Shown here piece after piece: positions 9,442-20,013 of a DNA stretch of 64,000 bases. The number at the start of each line of letters is the position of its first letter. Positions within the stretch are counted from its first letter, which is position 1. The DNA comes from Ferruginibacter sp. (GTDB lineage: Bacteria; Bacteroidota; Bacteroidia; Chitinophagales; Chitinophagaceae), in the NCBI GenBank assembly GCA_031392305.1, contig JANMVB010000125.1, positions 2,273 to 66,272 on the forward strand. The letters are read 5' to 3'. The translations under genes and the position numbers were made by a program. Under the pieces are notes generated by a model that saw nothing but the letters and a program-made list of their open reading frames with translations, was not told the origin of the DNA and ran no database searches.

Positions 9442-11157
9442 ATGCAAATTATTAAAAGCTTCATCAAACTATTTGTTTTTGTTTGTCCGTTTATTGCCAC
9501 GGCACAATCTACATATTTATCACAGGGCGATAAAGGCTACCAGTTTGTTGACAGGCTCGAAATAAAACAACAAACAAATACCGATCTTAATTATTCTACC
9601 CTAAAGCCATTCAGCCGCAGGTTTATAGTAAAGCAGGCTGAATATATTGATAGCCTTAGAAAGGTAGGTATGCAGTCCGGTACCGACTCCAACGGCCGGG
9701 TGTACCCAAACCTCACCAAAATTGATGAATACAATCTCAATAGTTTTTTAATGAATAATACCGAATGGGTAAGCGGATCAAAGGAGAGTTTTATGAGCCG
9801 TCAGCCGATTTTAAAATCATTGTACAAAACCAAAACAAACCTCATTGAAGTAAATGCAAAAGACTTTTTCCTGGCAATAAATCCCATGCTCAATATCCAG
9901 GCAGGTAAATCAAATGGTAATGATGACCTGATGTTTGTAAACACACGGGGCATCAATGCACGGGGTATGATCGCAAAAAAAATTGGGTTCTATACCAGCA
10001 TTACCGACAACCAGGAACGTGGCCCCGCTTTCTTTCAGCAACGGGTAGCCGATTATAAAGCAGTGCCCGGAAACGGCTTTTACAAACAGTTTAAAAACAC
10101 AGGCGTAGATTATTTCGATGCAAGGGGCTACATAACTTTTAATGCCGCAAAATATATCGATATACAATTTGGCTACGATAAAAATTTTATTGGCAATGGT
10201 AACCGCAGCCTCTTCCTCAGCGATTGGGGCAATAGCTATCTCTTCTTAAAACTGAATACAAAAATCTGGAAGTTTAATTACCAGAATATTTTCATGGAGC
10301 TGATGCCGCAGTTTATAAAACGAAGTGATACCCTGCTCGACAGGAAGTATGCAGCCATGCACCACCTCAGTATCAATGTTACCAAATGGCTCAATATCGG
10401 TTTGTTCGAAGGCATTGTATTTGGCCGTAAAAATCATTTCGATTTTCAATACCTGAACCCAATAATTTTTTACCGCCATGTTGAAGGCACCATTGGCAGC
10501 CCGGATAATGCACTTGCCGGTTTAGACTTTAAAGCAAATGTGGCGCATACCCTGCAATTTTACGGGCAGTTTTTGTTAGATGAATTTAAATTGGGCGAGG
10601 TAAAAGCAAACAACGGTTGGTGGGCAAATAAATGGGGGCTGCAGTTGGGTATCAAATATATCGATGCCTTCAAAATATCCAATCTCGATTTGCAGTTTGA
10701 ATCAAACAGGGTTAGGCCCTTTACTTATTCGCACAATTCACTCACGGCAAATTATTCGCATTATAACCAGCCGCTGGCACATCCGCTCGGTGCAAATTTC
10801 CAGGAGTTTATTGGCATTTTGCGCTACCAGCCTGCCCCCCGCTGGTACATTAGTGCCAAAGCAATTTATTACAAGCAGGGCCTCGATAGCCTGAGTGGTA
10901 AAAATTTTGGAAGCAACATATTTTTAAACAACAATACCCGTATGGGTGATTACGGATATACAAATGGCGGCGGCAGAAAAACCTCGGTGTTCAACAGCCT
11001 GTTCCAGTTATCGTATGAAGTAAGAGAAAATTTATATCTCGATCTCTCCGGCCAGTTTCGCAATTTCAAAATTGAAAATGTAGCCGGGCAAAATAATACA
11101 TCACTCGTAACCGCCGGTATAAGATGGAATATGTTTAAGCGGGAGTATGATTTTTAA
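9442..11157 (+). CDS. Secreted/outer-membrane protein, possibly Wzi/RemB-like beta-barrel
   Basis: Signal peptide (ATA-Q); amphipathic strands; C-terminal YDF; family call is by recollection only. Confidence 0.55.
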   Translation: MQIIKSFIKLFVFVCPFIATAQSTYLSQGDKGYQFVDRLEIKQQTNTDLNYSTLKPFSRRFIVKQAEYIDSLRKVGMQSGTDSNGRVYPNLTKIDEYNLNSFLMNNTEWVSGSKESFMSRQPILKSLYKTKTNLIEVNAKDFFLAINPMLNIQAGKSNGNDDLMFVNTRGINARGMIAKKIGFYTSITDNQERGPAFFQQRVADYKAVPGNGFYKQFKNTGVDYFDARGYITFNAAKYIDIQFGYDKNFIGNGNRSLFLSDWGNSYLFLKLNTKIWKFNYQNIFMELMPQFIKRSDTLLDRKYAAMHHLSINVTKWLNIGLFEGIVFGRKNHFDFQYLNPIIFYRHVEGTIGSPDNALAGLDFKANVAHTLQFYGQFLLDEFKLGEVKANNGWWANKWGLQLGIKYIDAFKISNLDLQFESNRVRPFTYSHNSLTANYSHYNQPLAHPLGANFQEFIGILRYQPAPRWYISAKAIYYKQGLDSLSGKNFGSNIFLNNNTRMGDYGYTNGGGRKTSVFNSLFQLSYEVRENLYLDLSGQFRNFKIENVAGQNNTSLVTAGIRWNMFKREYDF

Positions 11158-11226
11158 GAAATCATTTTCAATGCAATAAAAAGTCTACTGAATTTTTTGT
11201 TAACGAGCTGAAGTTTTTCAATTAAA

Positions 11227-11265
11227 CATCGTTGTGTCACTCCCTTGTACCGCATACCTATGTGG
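11227..11265 (+). repeat. REP-like element, copy 3
   Basis: CATCGTTGTGTCACTCCCTTGTACCGCATACCTATGTGG. Confidence 0.95.
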
Positions 11266-11333
11266 AGCTTTACCTACAGGATACTTTGCCCATTGTAAGT
11301 TTTTAATTAAATTTGTTACATAAAAAATTGAAT

Positions 11334-11555
11334 ATGGATAATGTTGTGTTATATTCTAAGCTGGCAAATTTACCAGAACACATGAGGTTAGAAGTTTCGA
11401 ATTTTATTGACCTTTTACTAAGCCAGGCTAAAAAGAACAGAAAAAATAATTCTACATCTACACCAAAATTTGGAAGTGCAAAGGGTATGTTCATAATGAA
11501 GGAGGGTTTTAACGAACCATTAGCGGACTTTAAAGATTATATGACTAATGAATAA
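11334..11555 (+). CDS. DUF2281-like antitoxin
   Basis: LPE..R.EV.NFIDLL and PKFGSAKGMFIMKEGFNEPLADFKDY motifs; overlaps the PIN gene. Confidence 0.75.
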   Translation: MDNVVLYSKLANLPEHMRLEVSNFIDLLLSQAKKNRKNNSTSTPKFGSAKGMFIMKEGFNEPLADFKDYMTNE

Positions 11556-11931
11556 TCTCATAGATACACATGCGTTAATTTGGTTTTTAAATGGTGATAT
11601 TGATATTTCGCAAAAGGCAAGAAAAATTATCGAAGAGAGTGAAACCGTAAATTATATAAGCATTGCAAGTTTGTGGGAGATGTCAATAAAAATTAGCTTA
11701 GGCAAGCTTGAACTTAAAACTCCCTTCGCAAAAATTGCTGAAAAAATTGACAGTAATGGTTTTCAAATTTTACCAATAACATTTGAAGATACTTTAACAT
11801 TATCAGATCTACCCTTTCATCATAGAGACCCATTTGACAGGATTCTTATTTCTCAAAGCATAAATAACAAGCTATTAATTATTTCAAAAGACAAATATTT
11901 TGAAAGTTACGGTGTGCCATTAGCATGGTAG
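11548..11931 (+). CDS. vapC: PIN-domain VapC-family toxin
   Basis: LIDTHALIW, SIASLWEMSIK, HHRDPFDRILISQS motifs. Confidence 0.9.
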   Translation: MNNLIDTHALIWFLNGDIDISQKARKIIEESETVNYISIASLWEMSIKISLGKLELKTPFAKIAEKIDSNGFQILPITFEDTLTLSDLPFHHRDPFDRILISQSINNKLLIISKDKYFESYGVPLAW

Positions 11932-11991
11932 TAAACAGCATCAGGCAATATCCATTTCTATCAATCAAAATATTCCCGATCACTTCAATCA

Positions 11992-12726
11992 CTATTCCAC
12001 CGTCAAAGAAAAGGAGATCATTCTCGAACTGATCTTATCTATGTTATTTGAAAATTTAAGGGTAGGGTTGCGGCTGTGTAAATTAGAAAGGCCCCAGTTT
12101 ACTTTTAATTCAGGAGATAAAACGAAGTAGGGAAAATACAGGTGAAAGCCAATGCCACCTTCTACACTGTAATCAAATTTATTTAGTTTAATTAAATCAT
12201 CTGCATTGGTTTTGCCGGCGTTGGATGCCATATCATAATCAAACTTTACCCCGGCTATTGTATAAACTTTCAGGTTATCAATACGGTCGCTGCTAAACTT
12301 AATTTGTAATGGAAGGCTAAGGGTAATTGACTGTACTTTTTTAATTGTAAGTGGCGCCTCTCCGCCCGGTATATCAGGATAAGTTAATGCATACTCAAAT
12401 GCTTTTTCACTAAAAGTAAGATTGAGCGGGTAAGTACGAAAATCGAAATGTGGGCTCAGGTTGAGGTTTACAAGCCAGGCTAAATTGATGCCGGTACTGT
12501 TAATGCTTTCAATCACCATCACGCTATCCTGTGTAAGAAATTGCGGATGATGGGTAAAACTAAAATGGGATTTGTTCATGCCCAGGTTGATACCAAAGTG
12601 ATACCGTTTGCTGTCATGGTCGGGCAAATTGATGCCGCCAAACCGCAACTGCGAAAAGCCCATGAACGGGCAACTTAAAAAAAATACAATGGCGTAAATT
12701 ATTTTACTCCGCAATAGATGGTGCAT
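11992..12726 (-). CDS. porT: PorT/SprT-like outer-membrane beta-barrel (T9SS)
   Basis: NLPDHDSKRYHFGINLG N-terminal motif; barrel strands; located next to ubiE/menG. Confidence 0.7.
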   Translation of the reverse strand: MHHLLRSKIIYAIVFFLSCPFMGFSQLRFGGINLPDHDSKRYHFGINLGMNKSHFSFTHHPQFLTQDSVMVIESINSTGINLAWLVNLNLSPHFDFRTYPLNLTFSEKAFEYALTYPDIPGGEAPLTIKKVQSITLSLPLQIKFSSDRIDNLKVYTIAGVKFDYDMASNAGKTNADDLIKLNKFDYSVEGGIGFHLYFPYFVLSPELKVNWGLSNLHSRNPTLKFSNNIDKISSRMISFSLTVE

Positions 12727-13442
12727 ATTCCAAAGCTCAGGGGTTTACAATAAGTGTGTGTGTATCCTAAGTTGCTCAGGATAGTAGTAAAGTTTTTGCC
12801 TTCGGGAAATTTTTTAATTGATTCGTCAAGATATTTATATGCATTGCGGTTTTTTGAGAATATTTTGCCAAACCCAGGCGCCACTACTTTCATGTACACA
12901 TTGTATAACTGCTTAATGCCGGCTGTTTTGGGCTTGCTGAATTCAAGTACTACCAATTTACCACCGGGTTTTAAAACTCTCCTTATCTCACTTAAGCCTT
13001 TTTCTAAATTTTGAAAATTGCGTACACCAAAAGCCACGGTTACTGCATCAAACGAGTTGTCATTAAAGTTTATTGTTTCGCTATCTCCATTTAACAATTC
13101 AATGCGGTTATTGAGGCCGAGCTTTTCAATTTTCTTTCTGCCAAAAGCAAGCATACCATCGCTGATATCAATCCCAATAATTTTTTGAGGTTGCAAAATG
13201 CGTGCCGTCATAATGGCTACATCTGCTGTACCGGTAGCCACATCCAATATATTTTTTGGATCAAGTTCTTTCAATTGCAGGATGGCTTTCTTACGCCACC
13301 ACACATCAACACCTGCACTTAAAAACCGGTTTAAAAAATCGTAACGGTAAGCAATATCATCAAACATCCCGGCCACCTGCTCCTTTTTAGAAAGCTGAGA
13401 ATCCTTAAGTGGAACCACCTCGTCATGTGCAAATTGAGTCAT
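12699..13442 (-). CDS. menG: UbiE/MenG demethylmenaquinone methyltransferase
   Basis: MFDDIAYRYDFLN, LDVATGTAD, VAFGVRN, VLKPGG, LEFSKP motifs. Confidence 0.92.
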   Translation of the reverse strand: MTQFAHDEVVPLKDSQLSKKEQVAGMFDDIAYRYDFLNRFLSAGVDVWWRKKAILQLKELDPKNILDVATGTADVAIMTARILQPQKIIGIDISDGMLAFGRKKIEKLGLNNRIELLNGDSETINFNDNSFDAVTVAFGVRNFQNLEKGLSEIRRVLKPGGKLVVLEFSKPKTAGIKQLYNVYMKVVAPGFGKIFSKNRNAYKYLDESIKKFPEGKNFTTILSNLGYTHTYCKPLSFGICTIYCGVK

Positions 13443-13448
13443 CGGGTG

Positions 13449-13615
13449 CAAAGATAAGGAAGACGGTGAAAGAAGTTTTGGGTATAGGGCGTAAGGTGTA
13501 GTAGGGATTATGCCATCAACTTCAAACCATTCAGCAAGGAGTAAAATTATTTGGATGTTCCTGCCTTACCCTACACCTTAAATCCCCACACCTTCCACCG
13601 TCTCCCGTATCTTTG
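13449..13615. promoter_or_regulatory. Divergent Bacteroidetes sigma-70 promoters for menG and engB
   Basis: TATCTTTG on minus strand at 13449-13456 and on plus strand at 13608-13615, 6 and 4 nt from the respective ATGs. Confidence 0.7.
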
Positions 13616-13619
13616 TGCC

Positions 13620-14273
13620 ATGCTCATCAAGTCAGCGAAATATATTATCAGCAGCCCCGATTTTGAAAAATGTCCGCCACCGGATAAAAAGGAGTATGCA
13701 TTTATTGGCCGCAGCAATGTGGGCAAATCATCATTAATAAATATGCTGTGCAACAATGATAAACTGGCTAAAACATCTGGGACACCAGGTAAAACACAGT
13801 TGATCAATCATTTTGAAATTGTGAGTGTAAAGGAGCAAACTGCTGCACTAACAAAAATACAGGCACAGGGTACCAGGTGGTACCTGGTAGATTTGCCCGG
13901 TTATGGTTTTGCAAAAGTAAGCATACGCAGCCGGCGCAGGTGGGAGCAAATGATTGAAAATTACCTGCGAAAAAGAGAAAACCTGCAAATGGTTTTTGTA
14001 TTGATTGATAGCCGTCATACTCCCCAAAAACTTGACCTCGATTTTTTAAACCAACTGGATAAATGGGAAATTCCGTTTGCAATGGTGTTTACCAAAGCAG
14101 ATAAAGAAACCCAGGCAGTGGTGGCAAAAAATGTAAAATTGTTTTTAAATCAGCTAAGAAAAACATGGCAGTTTCTGCCACAGCATTTTGTAACCAGCGC
14201 CAATAAAAAAATGGGCAGGGATAAAATACTGGCGTTGATAGAAGAAAAAAATGAAGAACAACTGACCTCTTAA
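13620..14273 (+). CDS. engB: Ribosome biogenesis GTPase EngB/YihA
   Basis: GRSNVGKSS, DLPGYG, FTKADK motifs. Confidence 0.93.
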   Translation: MLIKSAKYIISSPDFEKCPPPDKKEYAFIGRSNVGKSSLINMLCNNDKLAKTSGTPGKTQLINHFEIVSVKEQTAALTKIQAQGTRWYLVDLPGYGFAKVSIRSRRRWEQMIENYLRKRENLQMVFVLIDSRHTPQKLDLDFLNQLDKWEIPFAMVFTKADKETQAVVAKNVKLFLNQLRKTWQFLPQHFVTSANKKMGRDKILALIEEKNEEQLTS

Positions 14274-14387
14274 AGCCCCTGACCGCCGAAGCCCCCCTGC
14301 CCCCCGAAGGGAGGTTCTACAGAATGTGATTGCCTACTGTTTTGTAATGAGGTTATAATGAAGTGTAAGTATATTGTGGGCAATGCT

Positions 14388-14426
14388 CCACATAGGTATG
14401 CGGTACAAGGGAGTGACACAACGATG
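14388..14426 (-). repeat. REP-like element, copy 4
   Basis: Exact reverse complement of copy 3. Confidence 0.95.
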
Positions 14427-14506
14427 CTGCTCATTGCTTCACAGCCGGTACAATAAAAATTGTTTAAAAAATACTTCAGCATTTATGCTACAACAAGTTG
14501 GTTTGT

Positions 14507-15436
14507 TTACCGGGTAAAATACTCACAGGCGAGGGCAATATTGCAGGTGGCCTTTAATAAAAAATCAAAATCAATAGTTTCATATTCATCATCTACCGAG
14601 TGGTAAAAAATATCAGTGGGGGAAGTGGCCATGATGGTAAAAGTGTTCTTTATTTTTCTTGCAAAAGGGTAGTGGTCGCTGCGATGAGCCAGGTCTTCTT
14701 CAAAGTACCGGTCATCTGTAAAATAATTTTTTGTTTCGTGTGGGTATGATTTTTTTAGATTATTATTCAGTATTTTCTTTATGCGGTTATTGCCCAAAGT
14801 GATAATAAAACAATTATTATTTGTGCCCCTGCCCAGCATTTCGAGATTGATAACTGCTTTAATTTTTGAAGCATTTATACTTTTTGAAAAGTGTGTGGAA
14901 CCAATCAGCCCCAACTCTTCCCCTGCAAATGCAATGAACAATAAATTGTAGCGGTTACTTTTTTGAGCAATGTAATATTTAGCCAGTTCAAGCACGGCGG
15001 CTACACCGGTTGCATTGTCGTTGGCGCCATTAAAAGTTGCATCATCCGGCCTGTAATCTTTGTTGTATTCAATAGCATCACCTTCACCCACATGATCGTA
15101 ATGTGCGGAGAAAATAACCATGGTATCGTTGGCAGTAATTGCAGGTAGCAACCCAATCACGTTAGTGCCGGTAATCTCTTTTCCTTTATTAATTGCGGGG
15201 AAGGAATCAAAATAACTTATGCCGGAAAACGGCACCAATCCTGCATTCGAAAATTTTTCAGCAATAAATTTTGCTGCTTCGGTTGCGCCTGTTGATCCTG
15301 TAAGCCTGCCTTTCAATGCATCGCCTGATAAAAATAAAATGCTTTGCTGCAAGGAGCTTTTTTGGATGATACTATCTACCTGCTGCGCCTTTAATGAAAA
15401 AGGAAAGCATACTATTATTAAAAGGAATATTTTCAT
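14507..15436 (-). CDS. M28-family peptidase
   Basis: SAHYDH, GANDNATG, FAGEELGLIGS, SDHYPF, YHSVDD motifs; signal peptide. Confidence 0.85.
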   Translation of the reverse strand: MKIFLLIIVCFPFSLKAQQVDSIIQKSSLQQSILFLSGDALKGRLTGSTGATEAAKFIAEKFSNAGLVPFSGISYFDSFPAINKGKEITGTNVIGLLPAITANDTMVIFSAHYDHVGEGDAIEYNKDYRPDDATFNGANDNATGVAAVLELAKYYIAQKSNRYNLLFIAFAGEELGLIGSTHFSKSINASKIKAVINLEMLGRGTNNNCFIITLGNNRIKKILNNNLKKSYPHETKNYFTDDRYFEEDLAHRSDHYPFARKIKNTFTIMATSPTDIFYHSVDDEYETIDFDFLLKATCNIALACEYFTR

Positions 15437-15541
15437 ATTTAAAACTGCAGTGGCAATTGAATTGTAACAGGTATTTAAATAAAGAAAACCATTCACCTGT
15501 TAATAAATCAACGGGTGAATGGTTAAATACTTCAGCATAAT

Positions 15542-15991
15542 TTATGGAAGCAATGTTACTTTTTCCATCACATCCCCGCCGCGGATATCATCTATAATTT
15601 CGAGGCCATCGGTTATTTTTCCAAAGCAGGTATGTACACCATCAAGGTGTTTTGTATTGGAGCGGTTGTGGCAAATAAAAAACTGCGAACCACCCGTATT
15701 TGGCCCCCGGTGTGCCATCGATAATACACCACGGTCGTGTACCTGTTTATCGCCTTTTGTTTCGCATTGAATGGTGTAGCCCGGTCCACCGGCACCGGTA
15801 CCATTGGGGCACCCGCCCTGTATCATAAAATCCGGTATCACCCGGTGAAAGGTAAGCCCGTCGTAAAACCCCTGGGATATTAATTTTTTAAAGTTGGCAA
15901 CTGCAATGGGTGCTGCATCGTCGTATAATTCAAAAGTTAATACACCTTTGGCTGTTTGTATCTGGCCTTTTGTTAGTGCTGTGTCGCTCAT
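15542..15991 (-). CDS. Cyclophilin-type peptidyl-prolyl isomerase
   Basis: [28 protein letters not shown] motifs. Confidence 0.92.
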   Translation of the reverse strand: MSDTALTKGQIQTAKGVLTFELYDDAAPIAVANFKKLISQGFYDGLTFHRVIPDFMIQGGCPNGTGAGGPGYTIQCETKGDKQVHDRGVLSMAHRGPNTGGSQFFICHNRSNTKHLDGVHTCFGKITDGLEIIDDIRGGDVMEKVTLLP

Positions 15992-16272
15992 TTTTTTTAT
16001 TTTAAATTGAACGCAAAGTTATTCTATACTTCTGAAATAATTGAGTTGTTTCATTGAGGGAGGAAGTAACACACAGGGAGATGAATATTGCTGCTGATGA
16101 TGATGTAGAAAATTTAGTTTATTCAGGATTGTACTTCCTTAATATGGCCAGGTTCACTATATTTTTATAAGCAGGAAAATAAGATATGCCGGAAAAAGTT
16201 TGGGGGGTTAAATGCTGCTTGCGTACTTGTTACAGTACGTAATTTATTATCCTAATCAATAAGGATGGCCAT

Positions 16273-16746
16273 TTAGTTCACCACCTTGTTGGCACAACTG
16301 CTGCTGGCAAAAGCCTCGGGCTTGGCTTTAAAAGCAAAGCCCATTCCCAGGATGTAACCCATGGCTTCCCTAAGTGCTTCGTTGCTTTTAAAATGAGGGT
16401 TGGTGTTAATGTCGGCATGTACTTCCATGTCTACATCATAGGTGGTAAAGAGGTCGCAGAGCTCATAAGCAATCTCGATGCTTTTAGCAACTTCAACCAG
16501 CATGCGTTCTTTAATACTGTACTTCAGCAATGTTTTTTCATTGTGAATAAACATAAAGCCTCCGTGACCTTCTCTTAAAAAAACAATTACTGTAGCAAAT
16601 TCAGTTTCCTTGCCTTTTACCTGGCTATCGGTACCGATGCATACTTTTAAATGATAGCCAGCTTTTGTTTCTCTTTTAATCGTTTCTTCCACCGCTTGTT
16701 TTACGGGTAGTTGAATGGGGTCGCCATTGAATTTTCTCCATATCAT
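16273..16746 (-). CDS. RNase H-like YkuK/DUF458 family protein
   Basis: IGTDSQ, EVAKSIE, EVHADIN, ASSSCANK motifs; ATG at 16746 preferred. Confidence 0.8.
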   Translation of the reverse strand: MIWRKFNGDPIQLPVKQAVEETIKRETKAGYHLKVCIGTDSQVKGKETEFATVIVFLREGHGGFMFIHNEKTLLKYSIKERMLVEVAKSIEIAYELCDLFTTYDVDMEVHADINTNPHFKSNEALREAMGYILGMGFAFKAKPEAFASSSCANKVVN

Positions 16747-17318
16747 AAAAAAGTGTTTTCTAAAGTTAATCAAATATTTAATGTAACAAACGGCAAGGTG
16801 TAGGTGTGATGATAAAATAATATTAAAGATGAAATACATCATGTTATCCTTGCAATGAAAACCGTTGGATAGCAACCTCTTCTTTATAAAATCCTATTTA
16901 CTGTTTTGAATATGTATGCTGAAAATTATTCTGTTGGCTTAGATGCCCTGTTGGGTATGCCTATATAGCAGTCGGGCATAACATTAATATAATATTTTAT
17001 TAACACCTCATAAAATTCATTCCAGTATTTTTAAAAATTAATAGGGATTTCGATTTGTTTAAATTATTTAGATGCATCGTTTTTTTCTATTCCATGAAAA
17101 GTTTTTCGCTGTTAATTCTTTGAGCTAAGTGCTGTTGGTTTTTTTATTCATTATTGTAAGAATATAATTATACAGGTTTTGGCTAACTAATTATATCAGG
17201 TGAGTTTGTGAATGAAGAATGTGTTATGGTTATCTGCTTAATGCTTAAAGTTGCCTATTTATAAATTTTTTATTCAGTCATCCTTTTGGAAGGCAAATTT
17301 TTTTATCTATTATCAATT

Positions 17319-17645
17319 ATGCACGCCATCCAACGGTATCATTACAACCGACTGCAGGGTTTTTTAATTAAGTTGCAACAAGAATCTGAAACATATCAGT
17401 TACCCGTGCATCATTTAAATACAATTGTACAACAGGAAAAGCAATTACAGCAATTGTATAGTAATTACCTGGCTGCCTTACAGCAGGTATCGGCATTAAT
17501 AAAGCAATACGAAAAAGAGCATCAGTCTGTAAGGCGTTTGATGAGTTGCCATAAACAGTACAGAAAGGGATTGCGTAAATTAGAAATTGAAAACCTTAAA
17601 GAAAACATTCCACTCATAAACCATACTGCAACTGATTTGGTATAA
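17319..17645 (+). CDS. Hypothetical Q/L-rich coiled-coil protein
   Basis: 108-aa ORF in an otherwise empty AT-rich region; no recognisable motif. Confidence 0.5.
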   Translation: MHAIQRYHYNRLQGFLIKLQQESETYQLPVHHLNTIVQQEKQLQQLYSNYLAALQQVSALIKQYEKEHQSVRRLMSCHKQYRKGLRKLEIENLKENIPLINHTATDLV

Positions 17646-17915
17646 TATAATCCATTAGTTAGTATTAACATTTTATGTTTGCCCAAACCATTCGTTTTTT
17701 GCTACCCTGATTTTCGATTCTATTTGTAAATTAAATTTCTATTTCCCCCCAATTCTTCCTACCCGGATTCGTTCAAAGAAATTTCAATTTATCAATGACC
17801 AACAGGCAAACTTCCTTTTGCAAAATATTTAATCAAATTTGCGAAAAGCCAGTGTTGTACAAGGAGCAAAATCGTGAACAAATTTTTTTTGTCCGTGCTG
17901 CCAGGCGATGTGGAT

Positions 17916-17954
17916 CATTGTTGCATCGCCCTCTTGTACATAAAACCAATGAGG
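17916..17954 (+). repeat. REP-like element, copy 5 (GCATCGC subtype)
   Basis: CATTGTTGCATCGCCCTCTTGTACATAAAACCAATGAGG. Confidence 0.9.
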
Positions 17955-18012
17955 AGCTTTAATTACATTATATGGAAAATCATGTACCCGGTTAATTTAT
18001 TCTTTGCAGAAT

Positions 18013-18046
18013 AAAAAAGGCCTGCTTTATTCAGGCAGGCCTTTTT
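18013..18046. terminator. Bidirectional intrinsic terminator
   Basis: A6-GGCCTGC...GCAGGCC-T5. Confidence 0.8.
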
Positions 18047-18066
18047 ATAGTTTTTACAGAGGCAAC

Positions 18067-19092
18067 TTAATGTTGTATAAGCACCTTTATTTTTTTATCG
18101 TACCCATTTGCGTCTTTAATAGTCAGTATATATTCACCGGGCGCAATAGTAGAAGTATTCAAATCACTTGTTCCATTACTAATCTTACTTTTTAACACTA
18201 CCTGGCCCGACATAGCAGTTAACGTTGCTTCAGCATACCCGTTTGCACCGGTGAGGCTCACATACAGTCTGCCATTTTTAACAGGGTTCGGATAAGCATA
18301 AACCTGGGTAGTTTTACAATTAATAAATACCGGAAGTATTTTAGAATATTTATAAGCCCCATCCCTGTCAATCATTTTTAGCCGGTACAACACTTTCGCT
18401 GAAGTAACAGGTAAGTTCTTATCAATAAAATTATAAATAGCCTTAGCGTTACTGTTACCCTTTGCAGTTACCGTTCCCATTAATTTCCAATTAGAATTAT
18501 CTGTGCTGCCCCTTTCAATTTCAAACCGGTCGCTATTTATTTCAGTTTCAGTTATCCAGTTTAATACAGGCTGGCAATTTACTAAAGATGCATTAAAATT
18601 GGTGAGTGTTACAGGGGTGGTGTTTGTTACGGTAAGTCCAGCGCTGGATGTATTATTGGCTGTATTATCACCGGAAGGTGCCGGTCCATTGAATGTTAGA
18701 TTACCCAGAATTGAACCACCTCCATCAGCAGTTCCTTCAACTGCGATAAATGCAGTACGCGTTGTACCTGCTGGAATTGGATCAGTTGTGTTCGTAATCC
18801 TGATTACAGAACCATTGTTGGAAGTAATCGTCCAGCCTGCAGGTAAATTATGGCCTGAAACAGGTATAAAACTAATGTTTGCAGGAACACTTATTTGTGG
18901 CCTTACCTTATTTGCTACTATTGTGCCAGATGCAGAGTTATTGGTAACGTCAATCTGAAGAAAAATTGTTCCTCCCACATTTACTACTCCACTACTCCCT
19001 AGTACGATATTTAATGACGGGTCCTGTGCGGAAACGCCAACGAAAACAAAAACACTAACAAAAAGCAGGATTAACAATTTAAAAATTTTCAT
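18067..19092 (-). CDS. T9SS type-A CTD protein with N-terminal DUF11-like domain
   Basis: Signal peptide, GDNTANNTSS motif, PVTLTNF Ig domain, YPNP-type CTD. Confidence 0.85.
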   Translation of the reverse strand: MKIFKLLILLFVSVFVFVGVSAQDPSLNIVLGSSGVVNVGGTIFLQIDVTNNSASGTIVANKVRPQISVPANISFIPVSGHNLPAGWTITSNNGSVIRITNTTDPIPAGTTRTAFIAVEGTADGGGSILGNLTFNGPAPSGDNTANNTSSAGLTVTNTTPVTLTNFNASLVNCQPVLNWITETEINSDRFEIERGSTDNSNWKLMGTVTAKGNSNAKAIYNFIDKNLPVTSAKVLYRLKMIDRDGAYKYSKILPVFINCKTTQVYAYPNPVKNGRLYVSLTGANGYAEATLTAMSGQVVLKSKISNGTSDLNTSTIAPGEYILTIKDANGYDKKIKVLIQH

Positions 19093-19146
19093 TTTTTTAT
19101 TTTTAGTGAAAACAATTATTTAAAAGTATATGTTGCTATCGGAGAG

Positions 19147-19647
19147 TTACCTTATAACCTGGCAGGAAGAGGTTGAAAAATTATCAGCAGGGTTATCACC
19201 CCGCAACGTACCTGATGCCGAACCGGGAGGAGTGCCATCCGAAAAAAACAACTGACCCGCAACTGTTGAAGGACCTCCAATTTTGTTTCCGTTAATTGCT
19301 ATTAATATAATACGGGAATCATTAGCCGCAATCATATCCTTACCATTGGAAAGACTGATCGTAGAACCATTATTGCTCAAAATCGTCCAGCCAGTAGGTA
19401 ACTCATGACCTGTTTCGGCAATACTGGCTATTGCAGACGGAACGCTGATTTGAGGCCTGATTTTATAGACATCTATATAAGCAGTGGGGTCAGTATTATT
19501 GATAGTAATTTCCAAAAAAACAGTTCCACCTTTATGTACAATCCCAGTGTTTTTCGTTAAAATATTTATTAGCGCATTCTGTGAAACAGCACTTTTAAAT
19601 GTTAAAATGCCTGAGAGAACCAAAAGAATTAATTTAAGTGGTTTCAT
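19147..19647 (-). CDS. Secreted single DUF11-like domain protein without CTD
   Basis: Signal peptide; paralogous to the N-terminus of 18067-19092 (GGTVFLEI, RPQISVP, LPTGWTI, GDNPADN). Confidence 0.8.
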   Translation of the reverse strand: MKPLKLILLVLSGILTFKSAVSQNALINILTKNTGIVHKGGTVFLEITINNTDPTAYIDVYKIRPQISVPSAIASIAETGHELPTGWTILSNNGSTISLSNGKDMIAANDSRIILIAINGNKIGGPSTVAGQLFFSDGTPPGSASGTLRGDNPADNFSTSSCQVIR

Positions 19648-20013
19648 GTTTTTTATTTAAACGGGGTGTATTTTTTTTGAATGGAATGTTACCGGGCAGG
19701 GATTGTTCAGCAGAAACTTAAGTTGGGGCCGTCCTTCATTTATTGGTTTTGATTAATGTAAAACTAAAATGTATAATCTTCATTATTGCTTAAGCTTTAT
19801 TAATTAATCATTAATTAAAATCTCAAGCCTCATTCTTTTATTCAGATTAACTGGTGCATGGAGTACCTTAATAATAATTAAGTTTATAATTAAGCCATGT
19901 TAATTGTTTCAACATTTCAACTAGTCAATAATTCAAAGAGATAATATTGGGATAACAATTTCTTGACATGAATAAAGCAATAATCTGTTTTCTTTACAAA
20001 AAACTCAGCTATT

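Noticed and set aside
17857-17864. Partial GTACAAGG matches here and near 29917 and 60530 as further REP copies
   Set aside because: Too degenerate; not counted among the 18
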